Positions 25,789 to 25,846 of a stretch of 25,846 nucleotides of DNA are shown here, one piece after another (the stretch's first letter is position 1; every line of letters starts with the position of its first letter). The stretch is taken from positions 1 through 25,846 of IMG/VR virus record IMGVR_UViG_3300047407_000073. One strand, written 5' to 3'. Origin of the DNA: a virus. Lineage: Duplodnaviria; Caudoviricetes. The translations under genes were made by a program, and so were the position numbers. The notes beneath the pieces are model-generated. The model did not search any database. It saw only the letters and a program-made list of their open reading frames with translations, and had not been told where the DNA came from.

Positions 25789-25846
25789 TTATTTGTTCCT
25801 ATATCTTTTGCTGTCTCTGCAGCAATCTTCAATGCAGCTGCTCTTG
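25785..25846 (-). CDS. 3' end of upstream gene (head-module position)
   Basis: Frame ...RAAALKIAAETAKDIGTNK* with TGA overlapping the gp21 ATG; too short to identify. Confidence 0.4.
   Translation of the reverse strand, partial: RAAALKIAAETAKDIGTNK

Noticed and set aside
1-25846. tRNA genes, CRISPR array, IS elements, alternative genetic code
   Set aside because: Intergenic gaps are short and explained by promoters and hairpins. No cloverleaf, spaced direct repeats or transposase was seen, and core genes read full-length in the standard code.

Overview
This is a 25.8-kb segment of a T4-like myophage genome, AT-rich, with essentially all genes on the minus strand. From right to left it holds the head module (gp21 protease, gp22 scaffold, gp23 major capsid, gp3), then uvsY/uvsW, gp55 late sigma, gp47/gp46 and peptide deformylase. 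Next come a vWA-metallopeptidase plus MoxR/CobS-like AAA pair with a winged-HTH gene, gp45, dsbA, gp44, gp62, regA, hsp20, a fatty-acid desaturase, gp43 DNA polymerase and a truncated flavin-dependent halogenase. Seven near-identical sigma70-type phage promoters, three TATAAATA late promoters and several cUUCGg hairpins are visible. The most striking unexplained structure is an apparent RNA-based control circuit. The loop of the 14-bp terminator hairpin after the wHTH gene is the exact reverse complement of 10 nt of a 12-nt box found at the translation-initiation regions of both the vWA and the AAA gene. Other observations are two predicted pseudoknots in intergenic leaders, an orphan plus-strand promoter facing no ORF, a probable leaderless gp43 mRNA and a Tat-signal-like protein. 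All calls come from reading motifs by eye; no searches or folding computations were run.
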